A stretch of DNA of 64,000 nt from an uncultured Bacteroidota bacterium (GTDB lineage: Bacteria > Bacteroidota > Bacteroidia > UKL13-3), in contig CAILJQ010000002.1 in assembly GCA_903834625.1 (NCBI GenBank), positions 2,980 through 66,979 of the forward strand, written 5' to 3'. The position numbers and the translations under genes are program-made. Under the pieces are notes generated by a model, which saw nothing but the letters and a program-made list of their open reading frames with translations, was not told where the DNA came from and did no database searches. Positions 28,566 through 37,046 of the stretch are shown here, piece after piece. Positions within the stretch are counted from its first letter, which is position 1. Every line of letters starts with the position of its first letter.

Positions 28566-29438
28566 CTATTGTTTACCTAACATAACGCTGGTCATGGAAA
28601 CAGACCCTAAATCTATGCTTTCATTGAAAAAGGAGAGCGATTCGTTGGGTTGCTTCAGCGCAAGAATGTATAAGAGAGGCAAGAAATGTTCGTTGGTAGG
28701 AATAGATAAAAGAGCGGCCTGACCCAATTTTGGGTAATCAACTAAGGATTTAAAATTCCCATCATTCATGAGCTTTTTACTCAACTGGTCAAATTCAATT
28801 GCCCAATCAAATGGCTTACCTCCCCAATTTAAACGACCTAAGTTGTGCACAATATTACCGCTCCCAATTATTAATACTCCTTTACTTCTGAGCGATTGTA
28901 ATTGAGAAGCCAAAGCAAAATGCTGTGCTGGGCTGAGGTTATAATCTAGGCTTAATTGAAAGGTAGGAATATTTGCTTGTGGAAACATGGGCTTTAAAAC
29001 ACTCCAACAACCGTGGTCGAGGCCCCACTCCATATCTTTAGTTACATGCACAGCCTTAAGCGCATCAATAGCTTTTTGGGCAAATATTGGTGAGCCAGGT
29101 GCTGGGTATTGCGCATCAAATAATTCTTGCGGAAAGCCACCAAAATCGTGAATTGTCTTAGGCTTTTCCATGTAAGTAACAGAGGTACCTCTTGTTTGCC
29201 AGTGGGCAGAAACACAAAGAATGGCTTTGGGGGCGGGTAGATTACTTCCAATGCTGCGCCATTTTTTGGTATAAAAATTTTCGGTGATGGCATTCATAGG
29301 ATTACCATGGCCCACAAACATAGCTGGCATAATTTCGGTGGTTTGGGCATCACCTATGATTTCACTTTCGAAGTCTTTTAGGTTCATATTAAAAAAGGGC
29401 AATAACAAGCCGGCCTTTAAAAACGACTTTCTATTCAT
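28566..29438 (-). CDS. Class III extradiol ring-cleavage dioxygenase subunit B-like (YgiD / 4,5-DOPA-dioxygenase family), periplasmic
   Basis: N-terminus MNRKSFLKAGLLLPFF. Core MPAMFVGHGNPMNA and SAHW / GSGNIVHNL blocks typical of the LigB/YgiD family. Confidence 0.7.
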   Translation of the reverse strand: MNRKSFLKAGLLLPFFNMNLKDFESEIIGDAQTTEIMPAMFVGHGNPMNAITENFYTKKWRSIGSNLPAPKAILCVSAHWQTRGTSVTYMEKPKTIHDFGGFPQELFDAQYPAPGSPIFAQKAIDALKAVHVTKDMEWGLDHGCWSVLKPMFPQANIPTFQLSLDYNLSPAQHFALASQLQSLRSKGVLIIGSGNIVHNLGRLNWGGKPFDWAIEFDQLSKKLMNDGNFKSLVDYPKLGQAALLSIPTNEHFLPLLYILALKQPNESLSFFNESIDLGSVSMTSVMLGKQ

Positions 29439-30169
29439 TACATGGATTTTAATTTTTCTAGCATTTCAGTTAAACTCTTTTCGTCTGTGAATCCACGCGT
29501 AAGAGCATAGTATTTACCATTTTTAATAGCTAAAACTGCGGGATAACCTTGAACGCCGAATTGGTGAGATTCTGCATATCCATCAAATGCTTTTTTCTTA
29601 AATTCTTCGCTGTGAAGTTTCAACAAAAACTCTTGAGGGTTTATTCCAAATTTAATAGCTAAGGCCTCATATACAGCATCACTCCTTAAATCTTCACCTT
29701 TAAAAAAATACGCTTTTTGAACCTCAGAGGCAAAGGAAATTGCTTGCATTGGGTGATATGATTTAAATACTTCAATAGCAATTGATGGTATAACCGAAGA
29801 AGAATATAAACTCTTATCGCGAAGTTTGGCCAAATAAGGTTCACCAAATTTAACTCCAGAATATTCTTCTACGCGAGGATATGCACCTAATATATAATCT
29901 GCAAAATCACCAATGGGGCCTTCACGTTCACCTACAACCATGCCACCACTTAAAATGGTAAAATGAAAATCATTGGCATATTTAACCGAGGCATTTTTGA
30001 TGATATCACTAAAACCATAACACCAGCCACACATGGGATCAAAAACATAAATGATAGAATCTTTCGCTTGAGTCATATAAGAACTAAATAAGATAAATAA
30101 AATGATTACTGCTTTGCGCAATGTGGCAGTGAAATTTATGGAGATATGGGGTAGTTTCATGGCGCGCAA
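29438..30169 (-). CDS. DsbA-like thioredoxin-fold protein (FrnE/DSBA oxidoreductase family), secreted
   Basis: Signal peptide. FDPMCGWCYGF redox-active CxxC motif. Its stop overlaps the downstream ygiD-like start by 1 nt (TAATG). Confidence 0.7.
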   Translation of the reverse strand: MRAMKLPHISINFTATLRKAVIILFILFSSYMTQAKDSIIYVFDPMCGWCYGFSDIIKNASVKYANDFHFTILSGGMVVGEREGPIGDFADYILGAYPRVEEYSGVKFGEPYLAKLRDKSLYSSSVIPSIAIEVFKSYHPMQAISFASEVQKAYFFKGEDLRSDAVYEALAIKFGINPQEFLLKLHSEEFKKKAFDGYAESHQFGVQGYPAVLAIKNGKYYALTRGFTDEKSLTEMLEKLKSM

Positions 30170-30191
30170 CTCGGTTCAGACCGAAAAAAAA

Positions 30192-30587
30192 TTAGGTGCG
30201 TTTGATAAAAAAGTATGACCCTACAACTGCAACTATAAAGTGCATAGGAACTGTTAACAAGGCAAAATTAGCAGGAGCTACAGATCCATCTGGTAAAACA
30301 GTTTGGAAGGAAGGGAATATGCTAAAAACAGCAAAGGCACTTGCCAAAATATAATAGAGTAGTTTCCCTTTTAAGAAATTACGTAGCAATAACACATACA
30401 CAAATGAGCCCACTATTAAAGGCAAAATAGATGAAAATACAATAGCCATAACAAACCCTTTGGGTAAATTACTTATGCCAACTGTGTTTACCAGAATTAC
30501 ATACCAAAAAATATTGATACCAGCAGAAACAAGGCCGCCTTGCAGGGCAGCCTTCATTCCTTTTCCAAATGTGATGTTTGAATACAT
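30192..30587 (-). CDS. Hypothetical integral membrane protein (4 TM)
   Basis: 131-aa hydrophobic ORF. Its start codon overlaps the yceI stop (TAATG coupling). Confidence 0.5.
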   Translation of the reverse strand: MYSNITFGKGMKAALQGGLVSAGINIFWYVILVNTVGISNLPKGFVMAIVFSSILPLIVGSFVYVLLLRNFLKGKLLYYILASAFAVFSIFPSFQTVLPDGSVAPANFALLTVPMHFIVAVVGSYFFIKRT

Positions 30588-31117
30588 TAGGCTAATTTAA
30601 CCAATTGAATATTACAAACCAATTTTACTTCATCACTCACTACAATCCCGCCAGCTTCGGTAGTGGCTGTCCATTTTAAATCAAAATCTTTTCTATTGAT
30701 TTTACCATTTAACTCAAATCCTGCTTTTTGATTACCATATGGATCAGTCATCATGCCATTGTAAGCCACTTCTAATTTCACAGATTTGGTGATATTACGA
30801 ATGGTTAAATCACCCGTTAAAGCATACTCACCATCTGCATTTTTTGTAAATGAAGTTGAAGCAAAAGTTAACTGAGGGTAGGCATCTGCATTGAAAAAAT
30901 CGTCGCTCATTAAGTGACCATCTCTCATTTCATTTCCTGTGCTGATTGATTTGATATCAGCACTAAATTGAATAGCTGCATCTGAAAAATCATCTGTTGA
31001 AGAAGTAGCCTCTCCTTGAAATGAACTAAATTTTCCGCTAACGGTTGAAATCATTAGGTGCTTTACCTTAAATTCAACTTCTGAATGGGTTGGGTCAATT
31101 GACCATTTGTTACTCAT
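30587..31117 (-). CDS. YceI-family periplasmic polyisoprenoid-binding protein
   Basis: MSNKWSIDPTHSEVEFKVKHLMISTVSGKF matches the start of the YceI-like domain. 176 aa. Confidence 0.75.
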   Translation of the reverse strand: MSNKWSIDPTHSEVEFKVKHLMISTVSGKFSSFQGEATSSTDDFSDAAIQFSADIKSISTGNEMRDGHLMSDDFFNADAYPQLTFASTSFTKNADGEYALTGDLTIRNITKSVKLEVAYNGMMTDPYGNQKAGFELNGKINRKDFDLKWTATTEAGGIVVSDEVKLVCNIQLVKLA

Positions 31118-31224
31118 ATGATTTATTTTTTATAGTTTAAATTTCGATACAAATGTATAAACATTATTTGTATATACAAGTATTTGAAAATATATTAATA
31201 CAACACGCTAATAATCAATTACTA

Positions 31225-31617
31225 TTAAGAAGTTGCGGCCTCTAATAATTGTCTGATTTTCTCATCAGTTAGGGGTTTGGAGATAAACCCTTTTACCTTA
31301 GTATACGTTTTAGATTTTTCTAAATCTTTCACATCTATGCTTGAGGTAAACATGAATATTTTTGTATGAAGTGGAAGTAGGGAATATTCATCTAAAAAAT
31401 CCCAACCAGAATATTCTGGCATATTGATATCCAGTAGAATAATTGAATTCTCTGGTAAAATGTTCATGGTAAAATAGGAAAGAGCTTCTCTCCCATTTAA
31501 AAAGCTCGATATATTAAGACTTGCATCATAATTCAACAAGATTCTTTCACTAACCAAAATGGTTAAGCGATCATCGTCAATAATAAAAATTTTACCAGGA
31601 TTCAATGTATCTATCAA
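31225..31617 (-). CDS. Stand-alone response-regulator receiver (CheY-like) protein
   Basis: IFIIDDD phospho-acceptor pocket and LLDINMPEYSGWDFL (Asp-containing loop) of REC domains. 130 aa with no output domain. Confidence 0.7.
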   Translation of the reverse strand: MIDTLNPGKIFIIDDDRLTILVSERILLNYDASLNISSFLNGREALSYFTMNILPENSIILLDINMPEYSGWDFLDEYSLLPLHTKIFMFTSSIDVKDLEKSKTYTKVKGFISKPLTDEKIRQLLEAATS

Positions 31618-31745
31618 TAAACTCTAAACATACAATCATACACAAGTTTTCCTTAATTAAAAAACAAACCTTACCATTAGATGTAATAAACATGCGAAAC
31701 ATTTATTATTTGAAACAAATGGAAGAACCTAATGTTAGATAGTAC

Positions 31746-32237
31746 ATGAGGAATATTTATAGCATCTCAGTGCAAGACATTAACGGTGAAATGGTTTCGA
31801 TATCAAAGTACCAAGGGAAAGTTTTGCTTATTGTAAATACGGCATCTGAATGCGGTTTCACACCACAGTTGAGACAATTGGAAGAATTATACCAAAAATT
31901 TAATTCAAGGGGATTAGAAATTTTGGCATTCCCATGTAATGATTTTGGTGGGCAAGAGCCATTACAAGGAAAGGAAGTGAAGGAATTTTGTAGTTTAAAA
32001 TACAAAACAACTTTTCCTATATTCAACAAGGTAAGAATAAAAGGATTAAAACCTTCAGAGCTATATGCTTATTTAGGTTCAACCAGAGAAAGTGGTAAAT
32101 GGACCATATCACCCAAATGGAATTTTCACAAATATTTGGTAGACAGAAATGGCCGTTTAGTAGATTTCTTCTTACCCAATACATCTCCCCTATCTAGTTC
32201 TGTTGTAACAAAAATTGAAAAGTTATTACCTCGTTAA
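31746..32237 (+). CDS. Glutathione peroxidase
   Basis: IYSISVQDINGEMVSISKYQGKVLLIVNTASECGFT (GPx signature 1 with the active Cys) and LAFPCNDFGGQEP (signature 2). Confidence 0.9.
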   Translation: MRNIYSISVQDINGEMVSISKYQGKVLLIVNTASECGFTPQLRQLEELYQKFNSRGLEILAFPCNDFGGQEPLQGKEVKEFCSLKYKTTFPIFNKVRIKGLKPSELYAYLGSTRESGKWTISPKWNFHKYLVDRNGRLVDFFLPNTSPLSSSVVTKIEKLLPR

Positions 32238-34633
32238 ATGATGAGGTTAACGATGGTAACTCCATCGCCGCCCATTTCAATATGTTCATCTTGGAAACTA
32301 GCCACCATTTTGTGTGCATGTAATTTTTCTCTGATTATTTTACGTAAGATTCCATAACCCTTACCATGCACAATACGAATTTGTTTTACCCCTAATAAAA
32401 TCGATTCATCTAAATATTCATCTAATTTCTTCAAAGCGTCTTCTCCTCTTGTACCAATCAAATTGAGCTCCGAGGCAAAGTTCTGAAATTTCTCATTGAG
32501 GTTAATACCCTTGGCAGCCTGCTTTAAATCTGCTTTCACTTCAGATTTACTTACCTTTTCTAGCTTGTTCAAGGGAACTGAAGTTCTTAAATCACCAAAT
32601 GCCACCATAGCTTTTGATTTACCTAATTCTAAAACCACACCTATGGCTTGTTGGTCTTTCATTTTGATAAAATCTCCTACTATAATTTGGGCATTGGTAT
32701 CTACCACAAAAACAGGTTCGGGTGTGGTTTCAGCAATCAATTGATCAAGGTCTTGCTTTAACACCTTTAAATCTTCTTTCACCATTGTTCTCGCATGACG
32801 TTGCGACTCAGAATCGGCTTGATTTTCTTTGATTTCACGAATGGTCGCCTCTATTTTACTATTGGCTTCCGTAACCAAAGCAAGGGCTTCTTCTTTTGCC
32901 TTTTTAAGTAACAATTTCTTGCTCGTTTCTATTTCATCTGCCAATTTCTCATATTTCTCTTGAAATTGTTTAGCTTTAGCCTCCCGTTCGGCAGCACGCG
33001 TTTTTAGGTCGTGAATTTGTTTCTTTTCTTTTTCAAGTTCTACCAGTAATTCATCTACTTTTCTTTGCTTATCACCTACTTTGTTTTTTGCGTAGTTAAT
33101 GATCTGTTGGTTCAAACCGCTTTTAATAGCCAGTTCAAAGGCATAACTGCTACCAGGTTTACCTAATTTTAAGACATAAAGTGGTTGCATATGTTCATGA
33201 TCGAAAAGCATACTTGCATTTTCTAATCCTGCATATTGGCTTGCAAAATTTTTGAGGTTACTAAAGTGCGTAGTAACAATTCCATGTGCTTTTTTCTGAG
33301 CCAAATGATGTAGGATAGCTTCCGCCAATGGTCCACCGAATTGCGGATCTGTACCCGTACCAAACTCATCTATTAAGAATAAAGTTTTGGCATCGGCAAA
33401 ATCACAAAAATTCTTCATGCTTAGTAGATGAGAGCTATAAGTACTTAAATCGTTTTCAATACTTTGTTCATCACCAATATCTACCATTATCTCCTTATAA
33501 ATACCTAATTCGCTATGTGAATCACATGGAATAAGCAGACCACATTGTAACATGTATTGAAGTAAACCTACCGTTTTAAGGCAAACAGATTTTCCACCAG
33601 CATTTGGACCGGAAATAACCACAATATGTTTTTCTTTATTCAACGAGATAGAAAGTGGAACCGTTGTTAAGCCAGCTTTATCGTGACTCATGCGTAACAG
33701 TGGATGAAAGGCTCTTTCTAAATTAAGGGATGGATGCTTACTAACAATGGGCAAATGAGCTTTCATTTCAATAGCCAACAAGCCTTTAGCACGAATAAAA
33801 TCAAACAAACCCATGCGTTGAAGGTTCTTCTCCAATTCGGGAATTTCTGGACGAATTTGATCTGTTAATTCAAGCAATATTCGTTCGCGTTCTCTTCGAT
33901 ATGCGATCTGCAATTCGCGTAACATATTGTTCAAATCAAAGCACTCTGAAGGTTCTATATACACAGTTTGCCCCGTATTAGATTCATCGTGCACAAAACC
34001 GGGTACATGACGTTTATGCTCTGCCAGCACAGGCAGCACCAAACGACCCTCTCTGATGGTAATCCCAATTTGGTCTGTTAAGTATCCAAGGTTGGTATTT
34101 TTATCAAAGAGCTTTTGAATACGCTTACGAATTTCAGTTTCTTTCTCATGAATTTTGGAAGAAATTTTAGCCAATTCAGGAGAAGCATTAGGTCGCATGT
34201 TTCCTTCATGGTCTATTACCCTATCAATTCTTCGAACAATTAGGTCGTTAATAATTAAACCTTCTAATAACGACTCTAATTCTGGGTATTTTCCATTTCT
34301 TTCTCTAAAGTAAGCTGTTAAATGTAGAAATGCTTGAACTACTAATTTTATTTGCTGCAATTCTTCCTCTTGAAGCCAAATTCCTTCGATTCTAGCCTTA
34401 TACAAGTATGGACCAACATCAAAATAATGTTCATTCGGAAAAGGTGAATCTTCTGTAAGAATGGTTTTGAACTCATTGCTTTGATGCAACATTTTTTGGA
34501 GTAAGTCGAAACGGTTAACAAACCGCATTCTGCTCACATAATAATTGCCCATAGGAGAAAGGCAACGGGTGTTCAACAAATCTCTAACAGCGTTAAAGCC
34601 AAGTTTATTTTCGATAGTAGATGGGAAAGGCAA
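32234..34633 (-). CDS. mutS2: Endonuclease MutS2 (MutS-domain V ATPase plus C-terminal Smr domain)
   Basis: Walker A GPNAGGKS, a MutS ABC ATPase core and a long coiled-coil region. C-terminal Smr LDLRGMRxEEA-like segment ...IRIVHGKGYGILRKII. Confidence 0.9.
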   Translation of the reverse strand: MPFPSTIENKLGFNAVRDLLNTRCLSPMGNYYVSRMRFVNRFDLLQKMLHQSNEFKTILTEDSPFPNEHYFDVGPYLYKARIEGIWLQEEELQQIKLVVQAFLHLTAYFRERNGKYPELESLLEGLIINDLIVRRIDRVIDHEGNMRPNASPELAKISSKIHEKETEIRKRIQKLFDKNTNLGYLTDQIGITIREGRLVLPVLAEHKRHVPGFVHDESNTGQTVYIEPSECFDLNNMLRELQIAYRRERERILLELTDQIRPEIPELEKNLQRMGLFDFIRAKGLLAIEMKAHLPIVSKHPSLNLERAFHPLLRMSHDKAGLTTVPLSISLNKEKHIVVISGPNAGGKSVCLKTVGLLQYMLQCGLLIPCDSHSELGIYKEIMVDIGDEQSIENDLSTYSSHLLSMKNFCDFADAKTLFLIDEFGTGTDPQFGGPLAEAILHHLAQKKAHGIVTTHFSNLKNFASQYAGLENASMLFDHEHMQPLYVLKLGKPGSSYAFELAIKSGLNQQIINYAKNKVGDKQRKVDELLVELEKEKKQIHDLKTRAAEREAKAKQFQEKYEKLADEIETSKKLLLKKAKEEALALVTEANSKIEATIREIKENQADSESQRHARTMVKEDLKVLKQDLDQLIAETTPEPVFVVDTNAQIIVGDFIKMKDQQAIGVVLELGKSKAMVAFGDLRTSVPLNKLEKVSKSEVKADLKQAAKGINLNEKFQNFASELNLIGTRGEDALKKLDEYLDESILLGVKQIRIVHGKGYGILRKIIREKLHAHKMVASFQDEHIEMGGDGVTIVNLII

Positions 34634-34648
34634 AATAGTTAATAATTA

Positions 34649-35068
34649 TCAAGGTTTAGAACTAGGAACTGGCATAGATTCACCAGCGGGAATTGGCACA
34701 GATGCTCCACGCGATTGTGTTTCTCGTTTATTTAATTCATCTACGATAAAGGTATAAATGGTATCCATTTCCATAGGAATACTTAGGTAATAATCGAAAC
34801 TCGCCTCAAAGGATTCTTGGGATGTTTGGTATTTATTTAGCACAAAATCATAATAACCTGCATTCATTCTTTTGATAGAATCTGGCGTAAGGTTATTGGC
34901 GGAAAGTCCGGCATCTGCCATATGCATATCTGCCATTATATTGGCCATTGTTTCCCTAGAAACAAGGTCGCTTGGTTTTTTAACTGACTGCAAACCATCA
35001 TTTGTGCAGGAAAGAAATAGCACAAATAAAGTTATAATCGGATATTTGATAAATTTTTCAATTCTCAT
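34649..35068 (-). CDS. Small lipoprotein of unknown function
   Basis: MRIEKFIKYPIITLFVLFLSCTNDG lipoprotein signal. 139 aa. Its start codon overlaps the divergent yggS start inside the palindrome TCATGA. Confidence 0.55.
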   Translation of the reverse strand: MRIEKFIKYPIITLFVLFLSCTNDGLQSVKKPSDLVSRETMANIMADMHMADAGLSANNLTPDSIKRMNAGYYDFVLNKYQTSQESFEASFDYYLSIPMEMDTIYTFIVDELNKRETQSRGASVPIPAGESMPVPSSKP

Positions 35069-35726
35069 GATAGCTGCAAATATTCAAAAAATAAATCAGG
35101 AAATAGGTCAACACGCAAGATTAATTGCAGTAAGTAAGACAAAACCCATTGAGTTGTTGCAAGAGGCCTACAATGCGGGACAGAGATTATTTGGTGAAAA
35201 CAAGGTCCAGGAAATGGCCGCTAAATGGGAACAATTGCCCAAAGACATTCAGTGGCACATGATTGGACATTTGCAAAGCAACAAGGTAAAATACATGGCA
35301 GGATTTGTGGATTTGATACATTCTGTTGATAGTTTTAAATTATTGGAAGTTATTAATAAAGAGGCCGCAAAAAACAATAGAAAAATAAATTGTTTGTTAC
35401 AAGTTTACATTGCAAGCGAGGAAACCAAATTTGGCTTAGACGAAGGAGAATTAATGGAACTTTTGGAGCGACTTAAAAATAGCCCGTTACCGAATATTGA
35501 AATAAAGGGTTTGATGGGAATGGCAAGTAATACAGAGGATACAAACCTAATTAGAAGGGAGTTTAAGAGTTTAAAACAATTGTTTGATAAATGTAAGGCT
35601 ACCTATTTTGTTGGTTCGAACCAATTTAATGATATTTCTATGGGCATGAGTGGAGATTATACCATTGCTGTGGAGGAAGGTTCAACTTTGGTGAGGGTGG
35701 GTAGTTCTATTTTTGGCAGCCGTTGA
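35067..35726 (+). CDS. yggS: YggS-family pyridoxal-5'-phosphate homeostasis protein
   Basis: MIAANIQKINQEIGQHARLIAVSKTKP (the PLP-binding Lys in AVSKTKP), the HMIGHLQSNK block and the C-terminal GMSGDY. The ORF track extends to 34872, but the family-typical start is Met at 35067. Confidence 0.85.
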   Translation: MIAANIQKINQEIGQHARLIAVSKTKPIELLQEAYNAGQRLFGENKVQEMAAKWEQLPKDIQWHMIGHLQSNKVKYMAGFVDLIHSVDSFKLLEVINKEAAKNNRKINCLLQVYIASEETKFGLDEGELMELLERLKNSPLPNIEIKGLMGMASNTEDTNLIRREFKSLKQLFDKCKATYFVGSNQFNDISMGMSGDYTIAVEEGSTLVRVGSSIFGSR

Positions 35727-35762
35727 AAAAGTTTTTGGCATTTCTTATTTTCAAAAAAGTTC

Positions 35763-36128
35763 ATGAAAATGGAAGTCAAAAAATGCCAATTTTGTCAAAC
35801 TGAAATTAAAGGAAGAGCTGATAAAAAATTTTGTGACAACTACTGCCGCAGTAGTTTCAGCAATAAAAGTCACAAGGATGCAAATAGGTTATTGCGTGTA
35901 ACCAACAGTATTCTCAAAAAAAACAGAATAATACTTGAGAAACTATATTTGTCGAAACAAGGAATAGAAAACAGTTTTCAGAGTATTAAATTCTTAGAAA
36001 TGGGATATAATTTTAAATTCCAAACCCATTGGAAAGAGATAGAATCTGGAAAAATCTGTGTTTGTTGTTATGATTATGGGTATGTTCAAGATAGCCGGGG
36101 GCAGCTTGCCATTATTCGATTGAACTAA
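35763..36128 (+). CDS. Hypothetical Cys-rich (zinc-ribbon-like) protein
   Basis: N-terminal CQFC-x15-CDNYC is a C4 arrangement. C-terminal CVCCYDYGY. 121 aa; the start may be MEVKK at 35769. Confidence 0.4.
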   Translation: MKMEVKKCQFCQTEIKGRADKKFCDNYCRSSFSNKSHKDANRLLRVTNSILKKNRIILEKLYLSKQGIENSFQSIKFLEMGYNFKFQTHWKEIESGKICVCCYDYGYVQDSRGQLAIIRLN

Positions 36129-36135
36129 CCTACCT

Positions 36136-37002
36136 TTGCATCTTATGATTGAAATAGGGAAGAAAAACAACTTAAGGGCGTTAAGAAACACCACAGCAGG
36201 AATGTACCTCACTGATGGAAAAGGAAATGAGGTATTACTTCCAAACAAATATGTTCCCAAATCATTTGCTATTGGTGAGCTAATTGAGGTATTTATATAC
36301 AAAGATTCAGAGGATAGGATTACTGCAACTACCTTGGTACCCTTGATTGAATTAGGTGGATTTGCCTTTCTGAAAGTAAACCAGGTAACAGCCTTTGGTG
36401 CCTTTTTAGATTGGGGTATGGAAAAAGACCTTTTGGTTCCAATTAAGGAGCAAAAAGAACGAATGGAAGAAGGGGAATTTTATGTGGTAAGTATGTATTT
36501 GGATGAGACCAGTGACAGGTTGGTAGCATCCTCTAAAATAAAAAAGTTCCTAGACAATGAAGATATTGCCCTTCAGGTAGGTGAATCGGTTCAGGCCGTA
36601 ATTTTTGAAGATACCCCTTTAGGATATTTGGCTATAGTGAATGGAAAACATAAAGGGCTATTATACCATAATGAAGTATTTGAGCGCTTACGTATGGGAG
36701 ATGAAATTACGGCTTATGTAAAAAAAGTAAAAGAGGGTGGCGATTTAGATTTAAGTAAACAGAAAATTGGGTTTTCTCATGTGAATGACCAAACAGATGT
36801 TTTATTAAACCTCATTAAAAAAAGTGGGGGCTTTTTGCCCTTACATGACAACAGCTCTCCTGAGGAAATTCAATTTAAATTGAAGATGAGCAAAAAGGTT
36901 TTTAAAAAAGCTGTTGGAATGCTCTACAAAATGAAGAAAATAAGCATTAGTAATGAAGGAATATCATTGGTAAGGCAACCAAATGAAAGAAGGAAAGATT
37001 AG
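36136..37002 (+). CDS. cvfB: CvfB-family S1-domain RNA-binding protein
   Basis: Three tandem S1-like segments and a C-terminal winged-helix region. Conserved N-terminus ...NNLRALRNTTAGMYLTDGKGNEVLLPNKYVP typical of CvfB/YitL. Confidence 0.65.
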   Translation: MHLMIEIGKKNNLRALRNTTAGMYLTDGKGNEVLLPNKYVPKSFAIGELIEVFIYKDSEDRITATTLVPLIELGGFAFLKVNQVTAFGAFLDWGMEKDLLVPIKEQKERMEEGEFYVVSMYLDETSDRLVASSKIKKFLDNEDIALQVGESVQAVIFEDTPLGYLAIVNGKHKGLLYHNEVFERLRMGDEITAYVKKVKEGGDLDLSKQKIGFSHVNDQTDVLLNLIKKSGGFLPLHDNSSPEEIQFKLKMSKKVFKKAVGMLYKMKKISISNEGISLVRQPNERRKD

Positions 37003-37046
37003 TAAAATTGAATAAAGAAATTTAATTTCACACCTTACATTACCTC

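Noticed and set aside
31148-31174. An 8-bp AT-only inverted repeat ATACAAAT-N11-ATTTGTAT upstream of yceI.
   Set aside because: Short AT-only palindromes are expected by chance in 37% GC intergenic DNA. It was not annotated as an operator.
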